Below, one piece after another: positions 1 through 12,869 of a stretch of 64,000 nt of DNA. The notes beneath the pieces were generated by a model. It was not told where the DNA came from. It saw only the letters and a list, made by a program, of their open reading frames with translations, and made no database searches. The position numbers were made by a program, and so were the translations under genes. The stretch comes from Octopus vulgaris (taxonomy: Eukaryota). How positions within the stretch are numbered: the stretch's first letter is position 1; the number at the start of each line of letters is the position of its first letter. The stretch spans positions 75,826,001-75,890,000 of the forward strand of contig OX597815.1 of assembly GCA_951406725.2 (NCBI GenBank), written 5' to 3'.

Positions 1-232
1 GGATATTTCTTTACTTTTTTTCTTATATAATACAATTTGTTTATTTGAAGTAAATGTTAAATTTGAAAGATTTACATAAATACAAAGAAACAGGAGAGAA
101 TTAGAGATGAAAAAGGAAAAAAAGTGAGAAAAAATGAGGCAGAAGCACAGCAACAGAAGACAGAAGGAACAATGGGCCACATATTCCAGAACATGTGAGG
201 TGCTCAGCCACACCCCATGGTAATGACCACAA

Positions 233-449
233 GGGCGGTGAGCTGGCAGAAACATTAGCACTCCGGGTGAAATGCTTAGCGGTATTTCATCTGCCACTAC
301 GTTCTGAGTTCAAATTCCACCGATGTCGACTTTACTTTTCCTCCTTTCAGGGTCGATGAAATAAGTACCAGTTATGCACTGAGGTCGATGTAATCGACTT
401 AATACCTTTGTCTGTCCTTGTTTGTCCCCTGTGGGTAATAAAGAAATAA
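233..449 (+). mobile_element. tRNA-derived SINE, family A (Meta-domain-like core); many copies in the window
   Basis: Head GGCGGTGAGCTGGCAGAA..GAGTTCAAATTCC and core TTTCATCCTTTC.GGGTCGATAAAATAAGTACCAG. Recurs at about 2845-3045(-), 7125-7310(-), 7322-7555(+), 30915-31128(-), 37692-37905(+), 45385-45600(-), 45725-45930(-) and elsewhere. Confidence 0.8.
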
Positions 450-454
450 ATGGT

Positions 455-735
455 GTTGCTGCAGAGAATAACCAGCAACCTCACAGGGTTCATGTCTCCG
501 ACAGGCTACCATTATCTCTATTTTGTGGAAGAAATCAGCAGTACAGGGTCCTAGAACATCTGACATCTTGACAGCAACCAGCACAAACTGATAGTGGCCA
601 AGTCAGGCTCCTGTATTTATCAATTTTTCTCTCCTCCATGCTACAAGTGATAACACCAAGGTTTTCAGCAGATGCTGTGAGTTAGAGCTGCAGAACATGT
701 TGCTGCACATTGCTTCCCAGACTGCTTTAATTTGA
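455..735 (-). mobile_element. Degenerate C-terminal REL-endonuclease fragment of a CRE-like non-LTR retrotransposon
   Basis: Frameshifted translation AVWEAMCSNMFCSS*LTASAENLG...EERKIDKYRSL/HYQFVLVAVKMSDVLGPCTADFF resembles the WDATC..AE.RK..KY..L...F.P.AVET.G..GP motif of CRE-clade elements. Confidence 0.55.
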
Positions 736-1223
736 AAAGAGGGATCAGCATTATATAACCCTTTCCGGCTACTCTAGATGAGAGAACAAAACAACTACAT
801 TAATGTTCAATTTGTATCATGAAGAATTTCAATTCTCTATTGTAAACAGAGTGAGCATTTTTGCATTATGTAAATAGATGCAGGTATGATTGTGTGGTTA
901 TGAACTTTGTTTCAAATATAATTTCAGGTTCAGTCTCTAGTACATGGTTCTTTGGGTGTCTTCTACAAGAGTCCTGATGATATAATCATCATCATTTTAA
1001 TGTCCACTTTTCAACGGTATTTGTTGAGGTAGATTTTCTGTGGCTGGATACCCTTCCTATCACCAACCCTTACTTATTTCCAAGCAGGTTAATATTTTAT
1101 CATGGTTAGACATGTTTTCACAGAAGACTGAAAATGAATGAAACCAGCTGTGATGGTGGTACGCAATTTTACAAGTTTCATATGATGTCAAGACAGAGAG
1201 ACAGAAACATGCACATCCATTCA

Positions 1224-1263
<40 letters not shown>

Positions 1264-1576
1264 GGACTTTTTCCATCTACTCACAAGGCCTTGGTCAGCC
1301 CTGGGTATAGTAGAAGATACTTGCCAAATGTGTCACACAGTGGTACTGAACCCAAAACCACATGATTGGAAAATGAACTTATTAACCACACAGCCAAGCA
1401 TGTCTGCATGCATATCTGTATGTCATTATTTAGTTTACTTCTAGATTTCTTTCTAATGAAGAAAGAGCCGGTTTCTAACCTAGATCCAAGGCTCTTTCAT
1501 TAGAATTTCAACAATACCAGCAGGGTAGTTGTGAATGTATGTGTGTAAGTGTATTTGGAGTAAGTGCATGTGCTCC

Positions 1577-1711
<135 letters not shown>

Positions 1712-1891
1712 AATGTACAGGATGTTGATATCCATGCTAGTCACAACTTGAGTGAAACTGAGATGATGTTGAAAATGTTGATATTACAACTGACTGCTTT
1801 ATACTCTTAAAAATATCTACAATAAAAATCCCTTTCTTAAAAAACAAGCTGGGGTTAGCAACAAGAAGAGCTTCAGACAATAAAATGCTCA

Positions 1892-2440
1892 CATCATCAT
1901 CATCATCAACATCATCATCATTTAGTGTCCATTTTCCGGAAGTGGTCAGCCAGAGAGCTCTACCAGGCTCCAGTCTGGTTTGGCTTGGTTTCTTTGGTTG
2001 GATGCCCTTCTTAACAGCAACAGCTCCACAGAGTGTACTGGGCACCTTTCATGTATCACTGGCATGAGTGCCTTTTATGTGTCAATAGCACAGGATGCCT
2101 TCTAAATGTCATCGGCACTGGTCATGACTGGTCATGTATGTGTGTAAGTGTATTTGGAGTAAGTGCATGTGCTCTGTGTGTGTGTGTGTGCGTGCGTGCA
2201 TGCGTGCGTGTGAATGTACAGGATGTTGATATCCATGCTAGTCACTTGGCTTGATGTGTCTTCTCAAGCACAGCAAATCACCAAAGCTCTCGATCACTTG
2301 TCATCACCTCCATGAGATTCAACATCCGAAGATCATACTTCACCACCTTGTCCCATGTTTTCTGGGTCTACCTCTTTCACAGGTTCTCTCCACAGTTAGA
2401 GATCAACACTCCTGTATGTAGCTGTCCTCATCCATACACA
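1892..2440 (-). mobile_element. 5'-truncated 3' end of the RTE-group LINE family seen at 48378-50278
   Basis: (GAT)n tail, GAAGGGCATCCA tail motif and a residual GRPRK-WD coding end, all on the minus strand; interrupted at 2134-2245. Confidence 0.7.
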
Positions 2441-4544
2441 TTGGAAAAATAATATAGGCGTTAAATGAACAAAGAAATTAATAAGCACTAGCTGGACCTG
2501 TGGATATTCCACAGGGTAGACAATCTCTACAATATTCTTATTATATTTTATATTTGAAAAATAATTTCTGATGCTACAAAATAGATCACACTGGAACTAT
2601 TATTTCAATGCAGAGTAACATATGAAATGCAACAATCCTTTCTGGTGTGTACATTACTATAAGATAAATTTTGTAGCAATTTTGTGGGGAAAAAATTTTT
2701 TCATGATGAAGTTTCACTGTAGTGAAATCATATTCTTTTCAAACATTATCCTTGTCATTAACAACTGCTTATGATCAGAGTGGATGAAATATAAAGCAAC
2801 AATTGACTTGATTTATTAAATATGAATGCAATAATTTAATATTGATTTCAAATTTTAACACAAGGCCAGTAAATTTCAAAGGGAGGGGATAAGTTGATTA
2901 CATCAACCCCAGCATTCAAAAGATCCAAAAGGATGAAAGGCAAAGTTGATCTCAGCGGAATTTGAACTCAAAATGTAAAGATGGACAAAATGCCACTAAG
3001 CATTTTGTCAGGTGTGCTAACAACGCTGCCCACTCACTGCCCTAGCAATAATTTAATATTAATATACATATGGTTTTCTCATATAAACAAATATATATGT
3101 TTATTTTGACAGACTCCTTATATAGTTATAAAGTAAATGTGAAAATGTGGGACAGATATGATAAACTAAATATATAGTACAGATATAGTACAGAAATATA
3201 TGGTACAGATACACTAAAACCATAAACTGTGATATATCATAATAATCCATTATAGTTATCCTAGCAAAACTACCAATAAAAGAAGTTAGAAAACTAATGG
3301 TTCACAAATGCAATATTTTGCAAAATAAAATTTGCTTTAAAATTCATTTAATGTTTGTTAGATAGTTCCCAATATATATTCTGGATTGAAATGCATATAT
3401 TACTAACAAACAAGAACGGAACAGTGGCCAACAGGCAAAATGTAACATACATGTTAACTTACTAATGGAGTAACAAGAAGAATTATAACATGGTATTATG
3501 AGATTGAAATACATGTAGCCTTGTCTATTACTAATTAATTCATCACTGATCCAGTTGAAGATTCTGCCAATACTAGAAAAATGCACCCCACCAACCATCC
3601 ACAATGCTCGGTTACCCAGAAAGCACTTGTGTTAACATGACTCTGTTTCAAGGCTGTGTATTTTTTAAATGAATTTATGTACTCATACCCATCAATATGA
3701 GACCAGTGAAGAGGAGAAATACAAAGGTGCCTGGTCCTGACAAACAACACAAGAAACAGTAGAGAGATGATCAACAAAATATGTGATGGTGGAAGCTTTT
3801 CAGCTGTGGGGCACAAGTTTGGTGTCAAAGAATGTACTATTTATTCCATTTGCAAGTGAGCATGGAGATGATGCATTTATTACTGTTTCATTTATCACTG
3901 TGTTTGTTTTTTAGAACCAAACCACTCCCATCCCCATGATAACCAAGTATATATGCACTAAGTTCAAATTTTCTTTGCACTAAGTTCAAACATGAAAGAA
4001 TGACATTTCTGTCACTCAACATCATAAACAAAATCTCCAAGAAATCTTAAATAAATTAAAATTAACTCATGAATATGCAGTGAATGACCTTGCTGAGATT
4101 AAGCTGATTCAACTCTCCCTCCTACAACCCACCCACCCAAACCCCACTCCACCCCAACCAATAGCCTACATTCAAGTCCTGATCTATCAACAGCCCACAC
4201 ATCTACACAAGTTGTATTTTCACTGAACCACAACAAATGAATGATGATCTACTAGTACAGTTTGACTGTGACTCTTAGCTTCAAATATTTTTCTATAAAA
4301 CAAATTTCAGAGTTACTACACACCCCTGTCAAAAATCACTTACTTAAGCCCTACAATGCTATGTAGCACGGGCCATTGATGACTTTTTTCCACAGTTCTT
4401 GACTTTGGGCTGTCTTTTCTGTTTCTCTCCAGTTGGATCCCTATTTTTCACCCCTGCCTCAGTATCCTATCTATGTTTCCTTGAGGGGAGGCCTTCTACT
4501 CCCAGGCTTTGTTAGTTTTGAATTGTCAGAGATCTTTCTTTTAT

Positions 4545-4930
4545 ATTATATCTTTTACTTGTTTCAGTCATTAGACTGTGGCCATGTTGAAGCACCGTCT
4601 CAGAGAATTTTTTTTAAACAACTGAATAGACTGCCAGTACTTATTTCTCTTAAGCCTGGTTCTTATCCTATCAGTCTCTTTTGCCAAACCACTAAGTTAT
4701 GGGGACATAAACACACCAACACCTAGTGGTGGTAGAGGCCAGCCACAGACACAAACACACACACAGATATATATACGATAGGCTTTTTTCAGTTTCTGTC
4801 TACCAAATCCACTCACAAGGTTTTGGTCAGCCCAAAGTTATAGTAGAAGACACTTCTCAAAGCTGCCATTTAGTAGTATTGGACCCAGAACCATGAGGTT
4901 GGGAAGCAATTTTCTTACAACACAGCCACT
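4545..4930 (-). mobile_element. tRNA-derived SINE, family B
   Basis: Reverse complement of the GTGGCTGTGTGGTAAGAAG...GGTTCAGTCCC...TGAGTGGATTTGGTAGAC...TGACTGAAACAAGTAAAAG element at 22018-22425. Confidence 0.75.
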
Positions 4931-5616
4931 GTATCTTTGCTTTTATTCCAGGTAGGGATGTTGGCCATATGCAAACCTATTTTTACCTCTGGGAAGACAT
5001 GGTCTGTATTAGTCTGGCTTCTATCATTTGACCTGTCCAGCTTGGGAGACCCTACCAGGATCTTGCATTCTGCTGACATACCTCCCAGGGTCATTGAGGT
5101 ACACAAACCACCACAATGCAACAAGGACTGGATGAACCTTGTAGTGGCCTGCCAATTGACAAACATTATTTTCTTTACACTTCCATAAAATTTTTCTAAA
5201 ATTTACTTGCCTTACTCTGTTAAGTAAGCCATGCAAAAGTCTATAACACCAAAATTAAATTACAACAAAAACATACCACAAAAAATAGACAAAAAAACAC
5301 AGTCATCACTTGCAGGCAAATATGACAGTAGCATCATCATTTAACATCCACTTTTCCATGTTTGCACAGGTCAGGTCAGATGGAATTTGTTGAGGTAGAT
5401 TTTCCACAACCAGATACCTATTTCTAAACAAATATTCTCCCATGGCCAGACATATTTTTCAAGTAAGATTTGAAACAAGCTCACTCACATGGTGATGATG
5501 CCCAATTACAACCATTACATGATATCAAGACAAGGATACACACACACACATGTATGCATATGTGTGTCTATCGCTCTCTCTCTCTCTCTCTCATCTATAT
5601 ATATATATATATATAT

Positions 5617-5905
5617 ATAATAAATATTAGGGAATAAATCCAAACTTACAGGGAAAAATCAGATTTAGGATTGAATCCAATTTTATAGTAAAATATTATA
5701 TTATATTAAATTAGAGACAAAACCACTATTAGGCAAATCATACAATGAAAAACTTAATCCAATACATAAGATTATTTAATTTATATTATTTAAATATATA
5801 TAACAAAATTATTAAAAAAATATAATTAATATATCACTACGATTGTTTCATGGCTGTTAATTTCTTTAAATTTTCGAGTTACAGTCATTCATCAGGTGGT
5901 TTAAA
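5617..5905 (-). mobile_element. Penelope-like pLTR/3'-end fragment next to (TA)n
   Basis: AT-rich segment abutting (CT)n(TA)n and carrying a type I hammerhead motif, as is typical of Penelope-like pseudo-LTRs. Confidence 0.5.
5833..5900 (-). ncRNA. Type I (minimal) hammerhead ribozyme
   Basis: Minus strand reads ACCAC-CUGAUGA-AUGACUGU..ACAGCCAU-GAAA-C-AAUC-GUA-GUGAU: intact core, stem II with 7 of 8 pairs, short stem III, stem I CAC/GUG. Confidence 0.7.
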
Positions 5906-8446
5906 TATTTATTATATTATATTATATTTTACTTGTTTCAGTGATTAGACTGTGGCCATGTTGGTGTACCACCTTGAAGAATTTTAGTCAAATGAATCAA
6001 TCCCAATATTTATCATTTCTTTTAAACCTGCAACTTATTCTGTCAGACTCTTTAACTAAACTGCTAAGTAACAGGGATGTAGCCCTACCAACAGCAGTTG
6101 TCAAGTAGTGGTAAGGGCAAACATTGACACAAAGACACAAATGCATATACATATATATATATATATGCAACAGGCTTCTTTCAGTTTCCATCTACCAAAT
6201 CCCCACTCACAAGGTTTTGGCTGGCCTGAATTCTTTCAGTTTCTATCTTCCAAATCCACTCACAAGGCTTTGGTTTAACTGGAGCTTTAGTAGAAGATAC
6301 TTGCCTATGCTGTCATGCAGTGGGATTGAACCTGAGACCATATGGTTGGGAAGCAAGCTTCTTTACCATAGATATACTTGTAAACTATATAACCTGCCTG
6401 CACTTATTATTTTACGTGCCTATGTAGTCAGAAGCTAGAGAGGAAAACTCGGATAAAAATTACTCAACAGTCAACAGCAGGCTACCCTAACCACTGAGCT
6501 GCTCAGTAATTTTTATACATTAGAATTTTAAATGTTTTCTCAACTTTCACAGGAAAGTTGTGGAGAAGATGAAGTCAACAAGAGTGTATATAAAAGTGAC
6601 AATCAATAAAAACATCAAAAGACTAAAAGCAAAGAATTCTAAACTGGCTACATCAACAGAGACAATGATATTTCACTACATTAACTGCCAAATATTGGGA
6701 GAAACAATATCACCATAATAATTTGTTTGATAAATAGTAATCAATCAACTTTAGCCAAATTACACTATAAATAATGAAGGTTTTCGCTTATAACCTTCCG
6801 TAATTTGCCAAATAACTCTGGTTTCAGATATATTATTATTGCAATTTTCTTTTTCTTTTTTTTTTTCTAGTGATTAACCACTTGATTGAGATGTTATGGG
6901 AAAATTCTAATTTACCATTATTATGATTAAAAGGTATTAGCTGTGTGGTTAAGAAGTTTGTTTCATAACCACAAGCTTCCAGTTCTGAAACCACATGGAT
7001 CTTTTTTTTCTTTTTTTTCTGTTGTCTTGAGCCCTCATAAGGCCAGTTACCCAGTTTCCACGGTATATCAGTGACCGAGATCACAACATTTCTCCTGAAC
7101 AGAATGCCAGCCCACTGCAGAGTTCAAGGCCAGTAATTTTGAAGGAAGAGGCAAAATCAATTACATCGCTCCCCAGTACTTGTCTGGTACTTCCTTTTAT
7201 CAACCTTGAAGGGATAAAAGTGAATCAGCAGGATTTGAACTCAGAACATAGAGTCAGAAGAAATGCTGTTAAGCATTTTGTCCAATGTGCTAATGATTCT
7301 GCTAACCTCCCATAATAATTAGGGTGGTGAACTGGCAGAATCGTTAGCACACTGGGTAAAATGCTTAGCAGTATTTCATCCATCTTTACGTTCTGAGTTC
7401 AAATTCTGCCAGTCAACTTTACCCTTCATCCTTTCAAGGTCGATAAAATAAATACCACTTGAACACTGGGGTCAATTTAATCAATTTAGCCCCATCCTAA
7501 AGTTGCTGGCCTTGTATCAAAATTTGAAACCAATAATAATAATAATAATAATAATTCTTTCTAATTTTAGTACAAGGCCAGATTAAAATATACAAATAGG
7601 AGATTGTAATTGAGAAGAAATGGCAGCCCTAGTAATAGTTATAAGCTATTTATTATAATTAATATTCATTCAGCATTTTAATAATATACTCTCTCTCTCT
7701 CTCTCTCTCTTCCTCTCACTTGATAAATTTGTAGTATAATACCTGTTGTTACAATAAAACACTAAATATTATCCAAAAATCTATAGAATGGTATAAGGGA
7801 AAGGAGTTGATAAATAAAATACTCTTCAACATCATCATCATCATCACCTAACATCTGTCTTCTATGCTGGCATGGACTGGACAGTTTAACAGGATTTGGA
7901 AATCCAGAGAACTGTGTCAAGCTCCAGTGTCTACTTTGACATGGTTTCTATGGTCATATGTTCCTCTTGACATCAGCTACCATACAGTGTATAGGGTTCT
8001 AGTGAAGTCACCAAGCAACTTGTAAGACAAGATTCTTTAACTGAGTGGAGGTGGCTTTAAAATAGGATAGAGGAATAGGAACAGGTGTCTAGCTGTAGAG
8101 GAGACACATGACTACTCAAGCTGGAAACAAAAATAAGATGGTGGTGACGAAGTGTCAGGGCATACTCTCAATGTACAAGGAGATTAATATAAGAGAGAAA
8201 AGGGACAGAGAATGAGAAAGGGAAGATTGGTGGATAAGTTCATAAATGTGTGAAAGGAGAGCGACAGTGGTTAGGTGAATGTAGTGAATGGAGCACATGG
8301 GTGAAGACATGGCCAATAGTAAATGATAGAGGAGGAGGAGGGGAGGAGGAGGGTGGATGATAATGAGGAGGGGATGGGGAGGAGGTTGGTGGGGGGAGGG
8401 GGGAGGAGGAGGAGGATATCACAAATGAAGTTTATTTTTCACTTAC

Positions 8447-10480
8447 TGGATTTCATTATGAATGATTTCTTGTCCAGATCTTGAAACTGATGAACCACTT
8501 GGTAAGACAGGTGCAGGGAGTGTCGTTTGGCTGGAACAAGAGCCATTAGTTTTGCAAGAGGTAAAATCCAAAACCGGTTGTGAATTACTTGGAGAAAAAG
8601 CAGCTTTGGGTCTTTTCTTAGATACTGAAGTCAAAACTGTTTGTGCAGAAGAGTTTGCCTCAGAATAAATATTAGCACAAGCTTTGTTTTCAGATAATGA
8701 AGTGTCTATTGTTACAACTTCTAAATCACTTTTGTGTTGTCTGGGAAGAAGTAAAGAAGAATCAGTCTCAGAAGTACAGCAGCAGACATCTGTAATGGAA
8801 CCATTTTGACTAAACAACGAATCACCTGATGTTTTAGGTATCACTTGACATGAATTTTGTTTCAACATAGTTTGGCTTTTATTACATAGTTCTTCTTTAT
8901 TTTCAGCTACTTGTGAAGTAGATACACTGCACTTATCACTACCATCTTTAATATTGTGAAGGTTTGTTTGAGAGCAAGGATTGTCTGCAGAATTTATGGT
9001 ATTTGAATTACTTTCAATAGCAACACAAGAACTTTTTGGTTCTGAGCACAGGAAATATTCTTCAACTTTTTCACCATCTTGAGAACAAAAGCTATAAACA
9101 AGGGCATCATTTGTAGTGTGGGAGTCCAGCTCCTTTGCTAAAGATGATTTAGATGCTGTGAGCATTTCAAGATATTTAGTTGGAGTAGAACTATCTACAG
9201 GGCTATCGAAAGTACAAATTGAATCATCACTCTGTGATGGAATGACCGGAACTGCTGTGTTGCTTACTGTACAGGGAACATTGAAAGAAATCATACAGCT
9301 ATTAACATAATTAGTTTTTCTATCATCTGAAGAAGGTGTTTGAAAATCTTGATCTGCTGCATCAGAGGATTTATTTCGATTTGATGCTAATAAATTAGTT
9401 TTCTTTTGTAACGAGTCTTCTCTACTATCTCCGAAACAATTTATTTCTGTTTGTTTAATATTAACTAGCTGAACTTTTTTAACTGAATTTTTACAGAATG
9501 CATTATTTTTTCTTACAGATTCCTGATCTTTCTTCAATGTCATTCGTTTATTATTATCACAGAATTTAGTTTTCAAAGTCGGTGGTAAAGGAAATACAGT
9601 TTTCATATGAGTAATAGATGACAGATCAAATTCCTCATTTTGAGCCATATCAAAACGAAGTGCTGATTCAAATCTTTGAATCTCTTTCGGACTACCAAAC
9701 CAGTATTCACAGTCAACACCCTCATCAGAATTCTCTTCTGTTGAACAGTGTATAAAATCAGATGAAAATGGTCTTTTCATTTTGCCACCATCCAATGTAT
9801 TCAGTTGAGTGGAGGAAACACCAGGATCAGAATGATTACGAGTCCGTGCCACTGGTGTGACAACATTTTGTGAAGTAAATGAAGAAGCAATATCACTGTT
9901 TTTCCACTTAAGTTCTAGTAACTGTATTTGTTGATCTCCATCATGTTCACATTTCATGTTGGAGTTTTCATATTCTGCAGATTTATTGAGATCATTCAAA
10001 TCATAATTAAAATCAGAAGTAAGTAATTCATTTTCACTATATTCATTTAAATTCTTCACCTTAGAGTTCTTCCCAGAATTTTCTTCAAGCAAATCTTCAA
10101 ATTCTATATCAGAAGAAAAACTCCTGTCAAGTATTTGTGCCACTGTGGAATTATCTTGTGGTGGAACACACTTAGAGATAGTAATTTTGTCAGGGAGAAT
10201 ATTAAACCTGCTTCTAACTTTGTGAGGAATACGGTGTCCATGTCCTGGACTTTCATTGGGATCAAAAAATATTGGAGATTCTGTTGCTCTTGGTGGTTCA
10301 GAAGAAATAATTTCTGAACACTGTCGTCTTATAGGAGTTGATGAACAAACTATATTGGAAGGGTGGAAAATACAAGGTGATGTACCAGCCATAGTGTGTG
10401 TATTTTTGCCAGGATTTGCATCAACAGATTTTTTCCTCATCACTCGGGTACTGCTTGATTCAGGACGTATTTCTTTTACT
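8447..10480 (-). CDS. KIF24: KIF24-like coding exon 8 (2034-nt exon, low-complexity S/N/T-rich C-terminal region)
   Basis: Poly-T acceptor TTTTCCAG|A GTA AAA GAA completes R-VKE after LRYAN. In frame with the 666-aa ORF 8443-10443. Ends at CA|GTAAGT, where the donor overlaps the in-frame TAA at 8443-8445. Confidence 0.88.
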
Positions 10481-10907
10481 CTGGAAAAAAAAAAATTTTT
10501 TTTACTTTTATATCAAAATAACTGAGGTTGCAGGCATGGCTGTGTGGGTGAGAAATTTGCTTCTCAACTACTTGGTCTCAGGTTCAGTCCCACTGCATGG
10601 CACCTTGGGAAAGTGTCTTCTAGCCATGGCCTCAGGCTGACTAATGCCTTGTGAGGGAAATTTGGTAAATGGAAATTGAAAGAAGTCTAATGCAGATCAT
10701 CACCAATGTCTGCTTGGGCATGATTTCTACAGTTGAATGACCTTCCTAATGGCAACCACTTTACAGCATGTACTGGGTATTTTTTTCATGCCACCAGCAT
10801 TAGTAAAGTTATATGCAGTATATTTCCTGCTGGTTGATATAGTTAGCCAAGTTCAGATTACCACACAGTGCTTATAAAGTATTTGCCTAGATTTTGAAAT
10901 CCCTGTT

Positions 10908-10938
<31 letters not shown>

Positions 10939-10949
10939 ATACAATGTTC

Positions 10950-11266
10950 ATGATGGTGGTGGTAGCAGTTGTAGCAGAGGAGGACGACGACAACGATGAC
11001 AACAATGACAACGACGATTATGATGATGACGACGATTATGATGACGACGACGATAACAATGACGACGATAACAATGACGACGATAACAATGACGACGATA
11101 ACAATGACGACGATAACAATGACGACGATGATGACAACGACAACGACAACAACAACGACAACGACGATGACAACGACGACGACAACGACGATGACGACGT
11201 CGATCACAACAACGAAGATGATGACAACGATGTCGACAATGACAACGACGACAATGACAACAACAG
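10950..11266. repeat. Compound trinucleotide satellite (GAC/GAT/AAC/AAT) with 15-mer GACGACGATAACAAT units
   Basis: Direct inspection; source of the spurious poly-D/N, poly-T/M and poly-V/I ORFs. Confidence 0.9.
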
Positions 11267-11513
11267 CAAGAATATACACCTTCTCATAATCTTAGTCATG
11301 CACAATGTTCAATGTGCATGACCAAAGTCATGGGCATAGTTTAATGATGGCAGCTTATATAGGTTATATAAGTTTATCTAACCTTTGTTCATTACTATCT
11401 GCACACACAAGCACACGCAAAACAGTATCTGCCATAGATAAGGCAAGCATAAGCATAAATAAGTTAATGCATTCATATGAACATTTCTTAAACATTTTTT
11501 CCACCCTTAATGT

Positions 11514-11848
11514 GAAGGCGCATGGCTCAGTGGTTAGAGCATCGAGCTTACAATCGTGAGGTTGTGAGTTCGAATCACGTACTGGGCTGTGTGTTGTGTT
11601 TTTGAGCAAGACATTTTATTTCACGTTGCTCCAGTTCACTCAGCTGTAAAAATGAGTTGCGACATCACAGGTGCCAAGGCTGTATCTGCTGTTGCCTTTG
11701 CCTTGAATAACACTGGTGGCGTGGAGAGGGGAAGCCGATATGCATGGGTGACTGCTGGTCTTCCATAAGCAACCTTGCCCGGACTTATGCCTGAGAGGGA
11801 AACTTTCTAGGTGCAATCCCACGGTCAGTCATGACTGAAGGGGGTCTC
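11514..11848 (+). mobile_element. tRNA-derived SINE, family C (cf. octopus OK/OR SINEs), full length with probable TSD
   Basis: A box TGGCTCAGTGG (11523) and B box GTTCGAATC (11568); flanked by ATTTTTTCCAC(C/T)CTTA at about 11494-11509 and 11856-11871. Confidence 0.8.
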
Positions 11849-11924
11849 AACAACTATTTTTTCCACTCTTAGTACTGTTTCTCTTCAGAACCTTTTGTTT
11901 TTAACTTGTTGATTTTCAAGTAAA

Positions 11925-12330
11925 GGTCACTGCTCATGACTGTTGCCAATCCTTTAAGACCAATCTGATAGATACCGTTAATGTTCTGTTTAACGTATTG
12001 CAGGTCACAACCTGCAGGAAAGACATGAGGTGGAAGAAAATTCCAGAGGTATGATGTTCTGCGAGAGGAAGAACTGGAGATGTCGGCTAGTGTGAAGCCA
12101 AGAAGTTGGAAACACCTAGAGTGTCAAGAGATGGAGAGACAAGTAGGCTAAGGGTGCCTAAGTATTGAAAGTATAAAACCAGACAGCTCTGAGGAACAGA
12201 GGCCATTATAGTAATGATAGAAACAACAAAGAGAGGAGACAATGATTCTGTGAATCAGAGGCAAGAGCATATCCATTATTGATTGAATACCTATTAATCA
12301 AGTGGTCATACTCTGAATGCAATCCAATAT
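11925..12330 (-). mobile_element. Degenerate 3' end of a CR1/Jockey-group LINE
   Basis: Minus-strand VSSLCCFYHYYNGLCSSELS followed by a decayed C-terminal motif. Confidence 0.45.
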
Positions 12331-12347
12331 ATCTATGTACCTTCGAG

Positions 12348-12580
12348 TGAAGCCAACTCATAAGGGCTGGTTCCCCAGTTTTCATGGTGTATAAACTCCC
12401 CACCTGAACAGGACGCCGGTCCATCACAAGATTACTCATTTTTGCCAGCTGAGTGGACTGGAGCAACATGAAATGAAGTGTTTTGCTCAATAACACAATG
12501 CATTGCCCAGTCCAGGAATCAAAACCACAATCTTATAATTGTGAGTCCAACAGCCCAACTACTAAGCCACGTGCTTCCAC
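12348..12580 (-). mobile_element. tRNA-derived SINE with a family-C-like head and V-domain-like tail
   Basis: Head similar to the 11514 element; tail GATGGACCGGCGTCCTGTTCAGG similar to that of 47783-48085. Confidence 0.6.
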
Positions 12581-12869
12581 AAGACATCTATGTCCTCAAC
12601 AGCGACACTGTCCAAGATATAGAAGCAGTATTCCATTTCAAGCTGCATTTGAACCATATAGAGTCTCAGCAACTATTGCAGGCTGAAATATTTTCTGGCC
12701 TAAGTAAGTTCTTATATTTCAGTTAACACAGGTGCAAACGTGGCTGTGTGGTTAAGAGGCTCACTTTGCCATTACATTGTTTTTAGCTCAGTCCCACTGT
12801 GCAACACCTACTATATAGCCTCAGGCCAGCCAATGCCTTGTGACTGGATTTAGTAGCTGGAATCTATGC

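Noticed and set aside
8325-8416. G-rich tract with G-quadruplex potential next to the exon 8 donor
   Set aside because: Simple (GGA)n-type low-complexity sequence; no evidence of function
10887-11321. Poly-D/N, poly-T/M and poly-V/I ORFs
   Set aside because: Translations of a compound trinucleotide satellite inside an intron; no splice or homology support
11514-11590. tRNA-like sequence with A and B boxes
   Set aside because: Head of a SINE; continues into SINE body and tail and has many diverged copies
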